In this document: positions 9,801 to 20,490 of the stretch, one piece after another
Position numbering within the stretch: position 1 is the stretch's first letter
How the letters are laid out: each line of letters starts with the position of its first letter
Virus record (IMG/VR): IMGVR_UViG_3300003323_001224
Location: 12,639 to 76,638 of that record
Reading direction: 5' to 3' (one strand)
From: a virus
DNA: 64,000 nt
Position numbers and translations under genes: made by a program
Notes under the pieces: model-generated
What the model was told of the DNA's origin: nothing
Databases searched by the model: none
What the model saw: only the letters and a program-made list of their open reading frames with translations

Positions 9801-12022
9801 ATATACCATGGAAAGAAAATCACTTTCGGGTATTATGGAAAGAGATCCCTGGTTCAAAAAGCGGGAAAGAGCAATTCTTTACTGGTAACCGGCCATTTGA
9901 AGGCAACCGTGGCTTTATGCACCGGGCCACGCTGGCGGATATGTCAGAGGGGATTAAGCGAGGTGGTGTACCTGTGTCAACCAATCCTATTACCATGTTT
10001 AAAATAGCCTACGCGGATGGCATGAAATACATCACCGCGCAGCGCATGTGGGAAGGTTTGAAAAAGGATAAGCTCGTAAAATTTGTTCGGCTGGGGCAAG
10101 ATCCGCCAGAGGGATTTGTTAAGCTCAATGATCGGTTGGCGAATGTGTACTTCCGCACCCCTGGAGAACAAACATTGCAGTCAGCTCCAGCAGCAAATGC
10201 GATGCCGCATAAACCAGGAACAGTAATACCCATACCTGAAGGCCATGCTGTTTATCAAGGGCAGCTCCATGAAGTTGAATACAAGCCGGGTGTAGGACCT
10301 GTGAAAGCTGGTGAATATTGGATCGACAAAGGTGCCGGCAGGCTATTGAATAATTTTCTTTCGCGTGATCATATTCGAGAAACCCGTATAGGCCGTGGTC
10401 TAATGGAGATCAAAAATCTTTATACAGCAGCTGAATTGGGATACAGTGGCTTCCATGCACTAGCTGAAGGACTGGAAGCGATAGGCTCACAGATCGGCAC
10501 CGGCATTCGTAAAATGGTTAACCTCGGGGATTTTAAAGGTGGGGTGAAAGACATCATTACGTCGCCCGCTTCGTTGAAAACAACAGCCTCCTTAGGGGCA
10601 AGAGCGATAAAATATGCAACGAGTGAACAATTCAGGCAATCCAAAATGGGACAAGAATTCCTTCGGAGGATGCCTGACATAGATCAATACATCGATGATA
10701 TGTTCCAGGGCGGTGGATTATTGAAACAGCATGAGGATTTTCAAGCCAAAACAAAAGAGATTTTTCAAGAACAGTTTAATAAAAAAAATTATATCGGAGC
10801 TGCTGTACGGGCGATTCCCGCTATCAATGATCTGGTAATGAGTCCACTTTTTCAAATTTACATTCCACGCCTTAAAGTTGGCATGTTTATGAAAGAATTC
10901 CCGCTAAGACTTCAGGAAAATGCCGAAAGATTAGCAAAGGGAGATGTTACCCGGCAGCAGCTGGCGCGAGAAACAATTGATTTCGTTGATGACCGATTGG
11001 GCGAAATGAATTTCGATAACCTTTTTTGGAATAAGACGTTCAAAACTGCTCAACAATTCTTTTTACGTTCAGTTACGTGGAAATTGGGTTCTATTAGAGC
11101 CATAGGTGGGATATTACCAGAGCAATTTCGCGAATTCAAGGCAGCGGCGGATGAGGGGCGGAAACCCAAATTAATGCCAAAAGCAGCTTGGGCCTTGGGC
11201 CTCGTGACGATGCAAGTAGCTTTAGCTACGCTCATTCAACATATGCTTGCGCATAAAGATATCGAATCGGGAACAGATCTCGTAGCGCCACAGATCAATC
11301 CGGATGATCCTACTGAAAGAACAGTATTGCCGACCTATATTAAAGACTTCCTCCACATCTATCATAGCGCCACGTCCAAAGATAAACTTAGCTACATTAC
11401 CTCATCGACAGCGGGGCAGCTCAGTAAACTGTATGACTTATGGCAGAATAAAGATTTCTATGGATATGAAATACGGGATGCGAATGCAGGCTTCTTAAAG
11501 CAAGCGGAACAATCGCTGTTATATGTAGCCCCTAAACCTTTTTCCGCCTCTTCTACCTACGAAATGATTAAAAGTGGCGAACCCTGGAGCAAGGCACTTC
11601 TCAGTTTTGCTGGTCTACAAAAAGCACCTGGGTGGTTAACCCACACCGATCTTGAAAACAAGATCATGGAATTGTACGGCGAAAGAAATGCTGGCACGAA
11701 GCCTTATAATGAAAGGGAGGCAAACCAGGTAAAGAAAGAAATTAGGCAATTATTCAAAGAGGGGGAGAATGATGCGGCTCACGAAAAACTGGATCAGGCA
11801 ATTAAAGGAGGCATTATCCGTAGGTCACAAGTTAAAAATCTCGTGCAATCTGCTCGCAAGAGCGGGGACGCCTCTCAATATTTCTTTTCCCGCCTGCCTT
11901 TTGACGATAAACGGGCTTTATACGAAGACATGAACGAGGAAGAAAAAAAGATCTACGACCCGAAAGGCAAACTAAAAGCACAATTGGAACAATTGCAACG
12001 CGATAAAGAAAAAGAAGAATGA
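6881..12022 (+). CDS. Large internal virion / ejection protein
   Basis: 1713 aa, helical, with Gly/Ala-rich segments and an acidic linker; podovirus ejectosome position. Confidence 0.55.
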   Translation: MAEEEIIASPEEEQQVDDQPQGPGPGPQLPEANQRELANIIRKMQADNIPDDRIKSVVHTYYSKYATAPIEQPNYRQIPREQRRQEGVTPTQQTEQRLDISQDPNAVARRERYGNMRKQAIQEIESPEWQKKIFGGERPALTDYPDMPVQAFQKVNPKALDEYLNTVDLDPANKYWLRNQLLNYGKFRQSQFYVEQRAKAKIDAMPEADRNNEVLVNKAYQQASQEFDKHETDAIANRLNNIGLDDRPLRGSSPFHDQITGANKALMGVMNYAADLGQQVSSILELGHVPGLSDLGYKLKTTADNLKAKNEIPQNGEAGNLLAGEILPMALDMEALRRLTGAAGRPLYRSLAGARASGTLGKFAEGALGGVAVSPVNSYIIAHQYYNDLVKNGEEPGKAATKADQLLGKNLATDMLMTPLQMGLLKIPAGNWIKKALLVAPAEGVVAGTHFTLQDFNQKSTENPAMHIMDYLGNGEWKSPFITGAALGMLQKSAVDAMENWSVNSESRNMFSFGRQYGGDVRRSLPSNETIANNVLAAMEIKDVPRRTNELKELTNTLHEEGIYSKKELDIVDGIIDDVSAVKDKVPKFGSPQQRMAVFNELLNIHSTEKFLAQAGNEAGEKYINEFNKASQARIQRILAGEEPLYFINGNETNKEQLLRALNENPELLESKGVKIDIHNDPTTIKQIEQLKTERDAIQKQSATAPDVRPASDNSEAMGGRNEGERPVDQEAAGEETGEEELNKMPGADKVAEEIDSGKITDDDLLRTIQSSINETQQSLQELPEGAPAEAGGDQTNGGVGQGSETEGAASVLPETGERATPGDQDTGTEPLSSDTGTADEAGVVQEAGMPSAYIPEFYEQDVKPTLKNISENISDAYNLLKRAYDPRAGVSEKALTHIMKALGDRNHVMAIMDAGMRSFEKMFNKMPDQDRIDFIDRMKRGVPQATPELDKVAKLIRGLDDALYSELNKFKANIPWKENHFRVLWKEIPGSKSGKEQFFTGNRPFEGNRGFMHRATLADMSEGIKRGGVPVSTNPITMFKIAYADGMKYITAQRMWEGLKKDKLVKFVRLGQDPPEGFVKLNDRLANVYFRTPGEQTLQSAPAANAMPHKPGTVIPIPEGHAVYQGQLHEVEYKPGVGPVKAGEYWIDKGAGRLLNNFLSRDHIRETRIGRGLMEIKNLYTAAELGYSGFHALAEGLEAIGSQIGTGIRKMVNLGDFKGGVKDIITSPASLKTTASLGARAIKYATSEQFRQSKMGQEFLRRMPDIDQYIDDMFQGGGLLKQHEDFQAKTKEIFQEQFNKKNYIGAAVRAIPAINDLVMSPLFQIYIPRLKVGMFMKEFPLRLQENAERLAKGDVTRQQLARETIDFVDDRLGEMNFDNLFWNKTFKTAQQFFLRSVTWKLGSIRAIGGILPEQFREFKAAADEGRKPKLMPKAAWALGLVTMQVALATLIQHMLAHKDIESGTDLVAPQINPDDPTERTVLPTYIKDFLHIYHSATSKDKLSYITSSTAGQLSKLYDLWQNKDFYGYEIRDANAGFLKQAEQSLLYVAPKPFSASSTYEMIKSGEPWSKALLSFAGLQKAPGWLTHTDLENKIMELYGERNAGTKPYNEREANQVKKEIRQLFKEGENDAAHEKLDQAIKGGIIRRSQVKNLVQSARKSGDASQYFFSRLPFDDKRALYEDMNEEEKKIYDPKGKLKAQLEQLQRDKEKEE

Positions 12023-12612
12023 GCGGATTATATAATAAGAAGTCGTTCGAGCATTGTCAATTCAACCCAATGCATACAGGGAAGATGCTACAGGCCTTTC
12101 CTGTGATTAATGAGATCATATTGCCTGAATGGGTTGATGATATGCTGGATACGATCATACGCTATACCATCATGGTATATGATCCTAAGAGCCCGTTGAC
12201 GGTAGGAGAAAGAGATTTAAACTACCGCAAAGGGATCGCCATGGAATTGTTAGAAGTGACAGATGAGGAGACCATGCAAGCCTTTTACACTTGCAACTAT
12301 CCGAACCTTGTTGAATTCACTGTAAAATACCTGATCCGATTTATACGCAGTCGCGAATGGGCAGCTATCTGCGCATTTGAAGCCAAATATTGGGAGGCCA
12401 TTAAGTTGATTATGCTACCCATTTCTACTGATAAGTCTGACAAAGAGCAGTTAGAAGCCGCCAATAAAAAAGATGTCTTATCAGCAAGCATAGATGAAGG
12501 GTTAAATAAACTGGACCTCTATTACCGCAGGTTCTTCGGCGACGATGAAGAGATGCTCAATCGCGCGAAGCGGCGTCTTACACCGGAATTAATGGCCGGA
12601 AAAGTTACGTAA
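12019..12612 (+). CDS. Putative terminase small subunit
   Basis: 197-aa helical ORF directly upstream of the large terminase; positional call. Confidence 0.45.
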   Translation: MSGLYNKKSFEHCQFNPMHTGKMLQAFPVINEIILPEWVDDMLDTIIRYTIMVYDPKSPLTVGERDLNYRKGIAMELLEVTDEETMQAFYTCNYPNLVEFTVKYLIRFIRSREWAAICAFEAKYWEAIKLIMLPISTDKSDKEQLEAANKKDVLSASIDEGLNKLDLYYRRFFGDDEEMLNRAKRRLTPELMAGKVT

Positions 12613-14616
12613 ATGTATTATCCCATTGAGAACGGGACCGTGGAGGTCATACAGGACTATCCCTGTCAACTGCCCCCTGTTGGCTATGGAAAGAATAGGC
12701 TGACGGGCGAAGTGGAATACGTAGGTATTGTAAAGACCGATGCAAAGAAGGAAAAACAAAAATGGAAAAGGTTTGAACTGCCGAAGGATTATGAGAAGAA
12801 AAAGAAACAGGAAGAGCAGCGCCAAAAGGAAGAACCAGATCATTATAATCCTGACCTGGAAAAGATCCGGACACAACATTGGAAATACCGCCTCTGCGGT
12901 TTTTGGTTATATATAAATGGCATACCGACCTACATTCCGCCGTCCTATTATATGTATCTGCAATGGTGCCCGCTGGATATTGGTTACCCGGCTTATCGTG
13001 ATACGGATAGGAGATTTTTTTATGTATGGGAATATTGCGTGGAAGATCCGCGCTGTGCTGGTCTGATTGATATTGAACGCCGACGGATGGGAAAAACCTA
13101 TAAGAGCGGGTCTATATTACTAGACAGAACATCGATAGCCAGCCACCACCACGGCGGTATACAAAGCAAGACAGGACAGGATGCCAAGGCGGTCTTTTTA
13201 AAGACAGTAGTTCCGTTTTTTAAAAAATACCCTGATTTCTTTCGGCCAGTATTTGATCAATCCAAGGGTATGTCACCGACCACTGAGCTAAGGTTTTTTC
13301 AGACCAGTATTAAAGGCAAACGCGCCAGCGAGATCGTCGATGCGCCTGAATTGGAATCATGGATTGATTGGGGAACAGCAGAACCTTTTCATTATGACGG
13401 ATCGAAGTTGAATACTTATGTGTGCGATGAATTTGGCAAAACCCTTGAATCGAGCGTTGTTGACCGTTGGGATGTAGTCCGCTTCTGTTTAGATCAAGAT
13501 GGAGATTGGTGCGGTAAAGCTCTCTTTACTTCTACAATAGAAGAGATGGAGAACGGCGGGGTAGATGCGAAAAAATTATGGGAAAATAGCAATCCCGCTG
13601 ATAGAAATGAGAATGACAGAACCAAAACAGGACTATACAGATTTTTCTTACCTGCATACGAAACGACATATTTTGATGAATATGGTATGCCAGAAGTTGA
13701 GAGAGCAAAAACTTTCTACCTGAATGAACGGGCGGGCTTGGTGAAGGACCCAAGACAGTTGTCATCTATCATTAGAAAGAATCCTTTCTCGATTGAAGAG
13801 GCATTTCGAATCGATGGAGATACGTGTTTATTCGATGCGATGAAATTAAATGATCAACTGGATTTTTTGTCCTGGCGAGAGAACATAACAGAACGTGGAA
13901 ACTTCGAATGGGAGAATGGAGAACGTTACACAAAAGTGGTTTGGAAGAAAAATGCGAACGGTAGATTTGAGATGCCTGTCGGTTTTCATTTCGACAATCC
14001 AAACGAAGTAAAAAAGATTAATGATCAGTTTATACCCCAGAATAATGTTCGGTTTGTATGCGGATGCGACCCTTTTAAATATGACCGCGTAAAAGATCAG
14101 CGCCGTTCCGATTGCGCGGCATTTGTATTCCAAAAATTCTCCCCAGGAGATGATACGTTTAATGATTCGTTTGTTTGTAGATACAAACATAGGGCACCAA
14201 CCACGGGCATGCAATATGATGATGTCATTAAGATGTGTTGGTATTTCGGCTGTCAGTGCCTTTTTGAATGCAATATCGATAACTGGAAAGAATATTTTAG
14301 GAATGCACATTGTTGGGCATTCCTGATGATCTTACCTGGAGAATCAGATCCGGGTCTTTACGCCGATGGAGGCGGTAAAACCCATCAGCTAATATGCGAC
14401 TTGACTGAAGATTATATTGATAAGAATATTAAAAAGGTACTGTTTAAAGCGATGATTGAGGATTGGTTGCTGTTTAAGTTGGACAAGACAACCGACTTCG
14501 ATGAAACCATGGGCGCCGGCTATACATTGATTGCAGCTCGAAAGAAGCTCTACAGAAAAAATGGAGATATCCAGCGTGACCTGACAGACTTTTTCAGAAT
14601 TTATAAAGCAAGTTAA
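12613..14616 (+). CDS. terL: Terminase large subunit
   Basis: Walker A-like RRRMGKT, Walker B YVCDEFGK, nuclease motifs CGCDPF and DFDETM. Confidence 0.9.
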   Translation: MYYPIENGTVEVIQDYPCQLPPVGYGKNRLTGEVEYVGIVKTDAKKEKQKWKRFELPKDYEKKKKQEEQRQKEEPDHYNPDLEKIRTQHWKYRLCGFWLYINGIPTYIPPSYYMYLQWCPLDIGYPAYRDTDRRFFYVWEYCVEDPRCAGLIDIERRRMGKTYKSGSILLDRTSIASHHHGGIQSKTGQDAKAVFLKTVVPFFKKYPDFFRPVFDQSKGMSPTTELRFFQTSIKGKRASEIVDAPELESWIDWGTAEPFHYDGSKLNTYVCDEFGKTLESSVVDRWDVVRFCLDQDGDWCGKALFTSTIEEMENGGVDAKKLWENSNPADRNENDRTKTGLYRFFLPAYETTYFDEYGMPEVERAKTFYLNERAGLVKDPRQLSSIIRKNPFSIEEAFRIDGDTCLFDAMKLNDQLDFLSWRENITERGNFEWENGERYTKVVWKKNANGRFEMPVGFHFDNPNEVKKINDQFIPQNNVRFVCGCDPFKYDRVKDQRRSDCAAFVFQKFSPGDDTFNDSFVCRYKHRAPTTGMQYDDVIKMCWYFGCQCLFECNIDNWKEYFRNAHCWAFLMILPGESDPGLYADGGGKTHQLICDLTEDYIDKNIKKVLFKAMIEDWLLFKLDKTTDFDETMGAGYTLIAARKKLYRKNGDIQRDLTDFFRIYKAS

Positions 14617-15144
14617 ATGGAACAAGAAGTTTGGAAAGACATCCAGGGCTATGAAGGATATTATCAAATTTCGAATCTCGGCAGGTGCAAATCTTTAGCG
14701 AAGACTGTTCGTGGTAGGCGTGGCGCACTTGCGGAGAGGATATTAAAGCCACAATTTAATGGGCATTATTATCACCTCAGATTATCAAAGGATTCAATTT
14801 GCATGATGCATCTTTTGCATCGACTAATTGCTACGGCTTTTATCCCTAATCCTAAAAATCTTCCAGTAGTCAATCATTTAGATGGGGATAAGCTAAATAA
14901 CAAAGTTTCAAATTTGGAATGGACAACTATTGGTGATAATACGCGGCATGCCATTAATGAGCTGGGAATTGTCTTGGGTGGTGAAAAACATCATGCAGCT
15001 AAGCTGACAGAAAAGAAAGTTAAGAAAATAATAGAGCTGGCAAATACAGGCCTATCCCATAGCAAAATAGCTAAAATGTTCAGTGTCAGCAGGCCGAATA
15101 TAAGTTATATCGCTAGGGGTGCGACGTGGAAACATGTAAAATAA
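14617..15144 (+). CDS. NUMOD4-HNH homing endonuclease with C-terminal HTH
   Basis: EVWKDIQGYEGYYQISNLGR (NUMOD4); HRLIATAFIPNP..VNHLDGDKLNN..NLEW (HNH). Confidence 0.9.
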   Translation: MEQEVWKDIQGYEGYYQISNLGRCKSLAKTVRGRRGALAERILKPQFNGHYYHLRLSKDSICMMHLLHRLIATAFIPNPKNLPVVNHLDGDKLNNKVSNLEWTTIGDNTRHAINELGIVLGGEKHHAAKLTEKKVKKIIELANTGLSHSKIAKMFSVSRPNISYIARGATWKHVK

Positions 15145-15152
15145 TTTAAATC

Positions 15153-17498
15153 ATGGAACAAGAACAATTATTTCAGGCATATCCTTCCCATAACATCGAT
15201 CCAAGAAAGAAAGATAAAGCATGGGCTATGCAATATCTCAAGGCCGGATGGTATGACTGGAATTATACTATACCACGTACCATATTTTACAACTCTGCGG
15301 ATAAGTACGAGGAACTTCGACTATACGCCAACGGGAAACAACCAATTTCGAAATATAAGAAGCTTATGGGCGTAGATGAACAGACAAACCAGACATACCT
15401 CAATCTGGATTGGTCTGTTCGTCCTTTCATCGCGCAAAAGCGAGATGTTGCTATTAGCAAAATGATGCAGCAGGGACATACGATTGTTGCAACACCGATA
15501 GATCCTACGGCCAAAGCAGAGCTGGATAAATTCTTTGCGGAAGTTAAGGCCAAGATCGCCATGCGGCAGGTATTGGAACAACAGAACCCAGAGTTGGCAC
15601 AGCATCCCATGCTCCAGCCACAACCTGGTGAGCCTGTCGATTGGGAAGAAATGCAGATGAGGATAGATTTTGGTGAGCAATTCAACCGTGCCAAGGATGC
15701 GGAAGAAGCCATACAGTTGGGCTTTTATGAGAATAGTCTTGAACAATTCATAAAAAAACTTTATGAAGATCTTTTCGATCTCGGTGTGGCCGGTTACAGA
15801 GAATGGCTGGGAGATGATAACAAGCCAAAATTCCGAAATGTAAATCCGGAGGCCGTTGTTACCAGTATATGCAAGTGGGCCGATTTCAGAGATATGATCC
15901 ATGCAGGTGAGGCCATTGACGTATCGGTCATCGACTTGGCTGAGTTGGAAGAAGATGGAAAGCCGGTATTCACGGAAGAGCAGATCCAGAATATCATTAA
16001 CAACGTCGCAGGGAAATGGAGCAACCCTTCTATGGTTGGCAGGAGCACCAACTATTTCAAGCCATACGATAAATGGAAGGCAAAAGTCTTGGATATGGAA
16101 TTCTATTCTTATAATGATTATGATTATAAGATCGGCAAAGATAGCCGTGGCAATACCAGGGTGAGCAGAGAAGAATACCGGGATAAGCCTTCTGAGAAGA
16201 CTACGCGCAAAAGGATTAAGGTGGTATATTGTTGCAAATGGGTGATAGGGACCGACTATGCATACGATTTCTATCTTAAAGAAGATATGAAACGTTCAGT
16301 TGATCCGAAGAAAAAGGCAGAAACGCAGCTCAGCTTCCGTTTTATTGCGACTAACTTTTATGAAATGCGGGCGCTTGGAATGATGGAAAGGCTTCGACCA
16401 TTGATTGATGAATATCAGATCGATATTTATAAAGTACAGAACATAGCTAATCGTATTGTACCCAACGGATGGTGGATAGATTTAGATGCGTTGGAAAATG
16501 TGGCGCTCAATAAAGGCGGGGAAAATATGAAGCCAATCGATTTGATACAAATGTTTATGGAGACAGGTGTATTGGTGGGGAGATCACAGGGCGTCATGGG
16601 CGATAACGTCAACTATAAGCCCATTATCCCCATTCAAAATTCAATAGCCGCCGAGCTGGTAGCCTACTACCAGAAAATGGAAATCACCATGAACCAGATT
16701 CAGGCAATGATAGGCTTGAACGATATTACCGATGCCAGTACTCCAAATCCAAAATTGCTAAATGGGGTTGCAACCATGATGGATCAGGGTACTAACAATT
16801 CCCTGTATCCAATGATACAAGCCAAAAAGCATCTGATGACCCTGTTAGCTAATGATGTTTTAATTCGAATACAACAAGGTCTGCGCAAAGGGGGCGTAGC
16901 GGGATATGCTCCGGCATTGAATACGAACACGCTCAAATTTATTCAAGTTTCCGAAACGCTAACGCTTCGCGATTACGGTATTATGTTGGAAGAAAAGCCG
17001 ACAGATGAACAGAAGCAGATGTTGATACAACAAATGCAATTTGATATTCAAAATGGATTCCTGGATACCAGCGATGTGTTTTACGTTATTAATGTCTATA
17101 ACATCAAACAGGCACAACAAATATTGGCGTATCGGGCCAAACGGAATAAACAGGCAATTGAGCAACAGAAGCAAGCCGCGGCAGCACAGACGATACAAGG
17201 GCAACAGCAGAGCGCGATGCTATCCGCCCAAGCTGCCCAGCAATTGGAAATGATCAAGCACCGAAATGCGATGGAATTGCAGCAATTGAAAGGCGTCCAG
17301 GCGCTGGATGAAATTCGCTTAAAAATGGGTATGCAGGCGGCCTCAACAACAGAAACGAATCAAACGAAGGTTGCTACACAAATGATAGCTGCTCAATCAC
17401 AAGAGAAGATGCAGAAGCGGGACTTGGGCATGCCGGAAGAGGAAGAACCTGGAGAGATTGCCATGGAGAGAAATATACCTGAAGAAGAGATGATGTAA
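15153..17498 (+). CDS. Portal protein (crAss-like)
   Basis: 781 aa after terL, Q-rich C-terminal barrel, DLFDLGVAG and IGLNDITD motifs. Confidence 0.8.
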   Translation: MEQEQLFQAYPSHNIDPRKKDKAWAMQYLKAGWYDWNYTIPRTIFYNSADKYEELRLYANGKQPISKYKKLMGVDEQTNQTYLNLDWSVRPFIAQKRDVAISKMMQQGHTIVATPIDPTAKAELDKFFAEVKAKIAMRQVLEQQNPELAQHPMLQPQPGEPVDWEEMQMRIDFGEQFNRAKDAEEAIQLGFYENSLEQFIKKLYEDLFDLGVAGYREWLGDDNKPKFRNVNPEAVVTSICKWADFRDMIHAGEAIDVSVIDLAELEEDGKPVFTEEQIQNIINNVAGKWSNPSMVGRSTNYFKPYDKWKAKVLDMEFYSYNDYDYKIGKDSRGNTRVSREEYRDKPSEKTTRKRIKVVYCCKWVIGTDYAYDFYLKEDMKRSVDPKKKAETQLSFRFIATNFYEMRALGMMERLRPLIDEYQIDIYKVQNIANRIVPNGWWIDLDALENVALNKGGENMKPIDLIQMFMETGVLVGRSQGVMGDNVNYKPIIPIQNSIAAELVAYYQKMEITMNQIQAMIGLNDITDASTPNPKLLNGVATMMDQGTNNSLYPMIQAKKHLMTLLANDVLIRIQQGLRKGGVAGYAPALNTNTLKFIQVSETLTLRDYGIMLEEKPTDEQKQMLIQQMQFDIQNGFLDTSDVFYVINVYNIKQAQQILAYRAKRNKQAIEQQKQAAAAQTIQGQQQSAMLSAQAAQQLEMIKHRNAMELQQLKGVQALDEIRLKMGMQAASTTETNQTKVATQMIAAQSQEKMQKRDLGMPEEEEPGEIAMERNIPEEEMM

Positions 17499-17578
17499 TG
17501 TGGAAACGAGTGTCGATTTCGGTCAGATTTAAATCGAAAAATTACCGATAGCTTCCATGGTGCTTAATAATTTTGAAG

Positions 17579-17905
17579 ATGCCAGAATACTATAAAAAAG
17601 TAGTCTGTAAGCAATTCACGCTCACGCCTGCCGAAAAAGAGGCTATTGATACTGGATGTACCATCTACTTTGAAGGACAGCCCGTGAAGCAATCCGGGGG
17701 CGGTAGATACCACATATTATTACCTCTTGAAGACCGGTTATACCCCGTGCATGAGACCGACTGGATAATTAAGCATCCTGCGGTCGAGATTAAAAGAGAC
17801 CACGAGTTTCGCGCTCAATATATAGAAGTAGAAGCGTTTGATCCTATTGCCACACAACAGAAGCTAGAGGCTTTCATGCGCGATAAAAACCAACAATCAT
17901 TATGA
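17579..17905 (+). CDS. Hypothetical protein
   Basis: About 108-aa ORF overlapping the next start (ATGA). Confidence 0.5.
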   Translation: MPEYYKKVVCKQFTLTPAEKEAIDTGCTIYFEGQPVKQSGGGRYHILLPLEDRLYPVHETDWIIKHPAVEIKRDHEFRAQYIEVEAFDPIATQQKLEAFMRDKNQQSL

Positions 17906-19026
17906 ATAAGTTTTTTGCCGATGAGGCGACTCCCGCAGGGGGTGGTGCGGCGCTTGATATCGCAGCGGCGCTTGCTAAGAATGGGGTTATGACAACAGAA
18001 GATACTGCACCTGAGATCCCCAATATCGTGATCAGTACACATAAAGAAGAAAAACTTGCGGACGCTGAACCGGCTAAATCTGAACCAGCTCCAGCACCAG
18101 CTCCGCAGGAAACTACAATAGAAAAGCCTGTCGAAAGTGCCGCCCCTGAAACAGTACCAGCGGTAAGTGATTGGCGAGAAGAATTAAAAAGGGCCGAAAA
18201 GGCGGAAATCCTTAAAGAACTTGGGTTCGATGAAAGAATGATTGGTTTTTATAACACCTGGGCAACCGGTGGGGATGTCGGGAATTACCTCAAAGCCGTT
18301 TCGATCGACTATACAAAAATGACCCCCGAACAGCTGTTGAAACAACAATTGTTTGAAAGCTATCCTGAATTTTCGGCAGAAGATCTTGAAGAGCTTTTTA
18401 GGGCAAAAGTGGTAGATCAGTATAAGCTTGACCCGGAAGTTTATTCCGAACAAGAGGTAAGAAGAGGCAAATTGCTATTGCAAGCAGATGCAAAAGCAAT
18501 TCGCGAAAGTATGATTGAAAAACAAAAACAATACATACTTAGTGCAAAGCCTCCCCAGATGCCGGATTATCGTAAAGAGGCAGAAGAGCAGGCAAAGGCG
18601 CGGGATGAGGCCAATATGAAAGTGCTAGAAGAATACAAAGCAGCACTCAATAACCATCCTGCCACAAAAGAGTTGGTAAATAATAAGCGGTTGGTAATAG
18701 GACAAGGCGAAGATACCTTTAACTATGAGGTATCTGATCCAGGTAAAGCACTCGCAGTACTCCAAGATCCACGCTTATGGGCACAAAGCATTTGGAACGC
18801 AGATGGGACTCCTAATATAGAGCGACAACTTTTTTTAGCTGCTGCTGTACTCGATCATGAAGCCGTTGCGCGGGAGATTTTTAAAGCCGGAAAGGCGATA
18901 GGAGCCAAACAAGTCATCGAACCCATTGAGAATGCGAAAAAGATGGAAAACCCATCAACTACGAGCGGGCCTGCCCTAACACCTGCGCAGGCGCTGGCAA
19001 AAAATGGCGTTCTCACTCACGGATAA
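17902..19026 (+). CDS. Putative capsid scaffolding/assembly protein
   Basis: 374 aa, acidic Pro/Ala-rich N-terminus, helical; between portal and MCP; ALAKNGV repeated at both termini. Confidence 0.6.
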   Translation: MNKFFADEATPAGGGAALDIAAALAKNGVMTTEDTAPEIPNIVISTHKEEKLADAEPAKSEPAPAPAPQETTIEKPVESAAPETVPAVSDWREELKRAEKAEILKELGFDERMIGFYNTWATGGDVGNYLKAVSIDYTKMTPEQLLKQQLFESYPEFSAEDLEELFRAKVVDQYKLDPEVYSEQEVRRGKLLLQADAKAIRESMIEKQKQYILSAKPPQMPDYRKEAEEQAKARDEANMKVLEEYKAALNNHPATKELVNNKRLVIGQGEDTFNYEVSDPGKALAVLQDPRLWAQSIWNADGTPNIERQLFLAAAVLDHEAVAREIFKAGKAIGAKQVIEPIENAKKMENPSTTSGPALTPAQALAKNGVLTHG

Positions 19027-19066
19027 GTCTGGCCCAATACCATTAATATATTAAACTCTACCAGAC

Positions 19067-20416
19067 ATGGCAGCAGGAGCACAAGGCACCTTAAACAAAG
19101 CGTTTATCAGTGCCATTTCTTTCCTCGATCAAAGGGACATCAACCCCAATTTATTGAATATTCAGCGGGACGATCAGTTTACGGATATTATGAAACTGGT
19201 GGGTCGGTACAAAGAGGCAAAGGTGCCGACTTATAACCATTTCGTCAACAACCCCGTATTTGCGACGGGAACAATATCCTCAGTGTCCAGCGGATATGGT
19301 ACGGCCATCATGACCGTCGTCCTCACTTCCGCGACATCTGGTTATGCACGTGTAGGTGATCTTGCACGTTCAAATAATACTAACATGGTGGGGCAACAGG
19401 CATGGGTCTCCCAGGTTACAAGTGTATCCGGAGTGGATACCATCAAATTACAGTCGGTCAATAATATGCCGCTGTATGGCGTTGCTAACGATATCCTATC
19501 TTTCTCCTCCAACGCGTTTGGTGAAAAATCCGATGCGCCGGTCAACCGGAAATATGGCGTAACCCGGTACGTCAATCAGGTGCAAATCTTCCGTGAAGTG
19601 GATGAGATCACAGATGTACAGAAAGTTTCCAAGGTGGAAATTACGGTTGAGGGGCAACCGTATTATACGCCCGTTCAGCACATCTATAAGTTGATTGCAC
19701 TGAATGGTTTTATTTCTGCGCAAATGATCATTGGCGTGCAGTCATCTACACTCTTCTCGGATGCTGCACCTTATTTAGCTGACGCTAACGGGAATCCCAT
19801 TCAAACGACCATGGGGCTCGACGAGTATGTCACCACCTATGGGATGACCAGCACTGTTACCACATTGGGGACAGTTGGCTTCACGGATGTGAATAATCTC
19901 ATCGACAATTTCCTTTCGAAGAAGGCGCCTCATCAGTATATGGGGTGGGGCGGCAGTAAATCTAAACGTCCATATGATGTATGGTTAAAGAATCTCGGCT
20001 CATCTGGCGTCAATTCAGTACGTATGGTGGTCGATGGAAAAAGTGTGGATATGGAAGTTGATCAATTTTCTTATGGAAATTTCGAATTTCAATTCATTAA
20101 CCTTCCCATTTTTGACCAGCCGGAATTAATGGGACCCACCGTGCTGCCTGATGTTAATGGTTCCATTTATTGGACGCCAAAAGATAAGATTCAGGTCGTC
20201 GGCGGAGGTATGGAAGCACGTATGCAGATCAGGTATCTTCCAAAGGCGATGGCGGGTGGCACCAGCATAAGTAATGGTATCATTACGGAATGGAATACCG
20301 GTGCACTGGCGCCCATTCCGACCAATGATTCCATGTACTGGCGTACAAACTGGTATACTAACCAGGGCCTGGAAGTTTTGGGGGCCACCGTCTTTCAAAA
20401 GCAAAGAGTGGTTTAA
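19067..20416 (+). CDS. Major capsid protein (HK97 fold, crAss-like)
   Basis: 449 aa after scaffold; NQVQIFREVDEIT and TTMGL motifs; synteny. Confidence 0.8.
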   Translation: MAAGAQGTLNKAFISAISFLDQRDINPNLLNIQRDDQFTDIMKLVGRYKEAKVPTYNHFVNNPVFATGTISSVSSGYGTAIMTVVLTSATSGYARVGDLARSNNTNMVGQQAWVSQVTSVSGVDTIKLQSVNNMPLYGVANDILSFSSNAFGEKSDAPVNRKYGVTRYVNQVQIFREVDEITDVQKVSKVEITVEGQPYYTPVQHIYKLIALNGFISAQMIIGVQSSTLFSDAAPYLADANGNPIQTTMGLDEYVTTYGMTSTVTTLGTVGFTDVNNLIDNFLSKKAPHQYMGWGGSKSKRPYDVWLKNLGSSGVNSVRMVVDGKSVDMEVDQFSYGNFEFQFINLPIFDQPELMGPTVLPDVNGSIYWTPKDKIQVVGGGMEARMQIRYLPKAMAGGTSISNGIITEWNTGALAPIPTNDSMYWRTNWYTNQGLEVLGATVFQKQRVV

Positions 20417-20490
20417 TCTCAGTATCCCTTCCACATACAGAGGAAGAGCCCGTAAGCTCTTCCTCATCTAATAAACCAAAAATCAAATCT

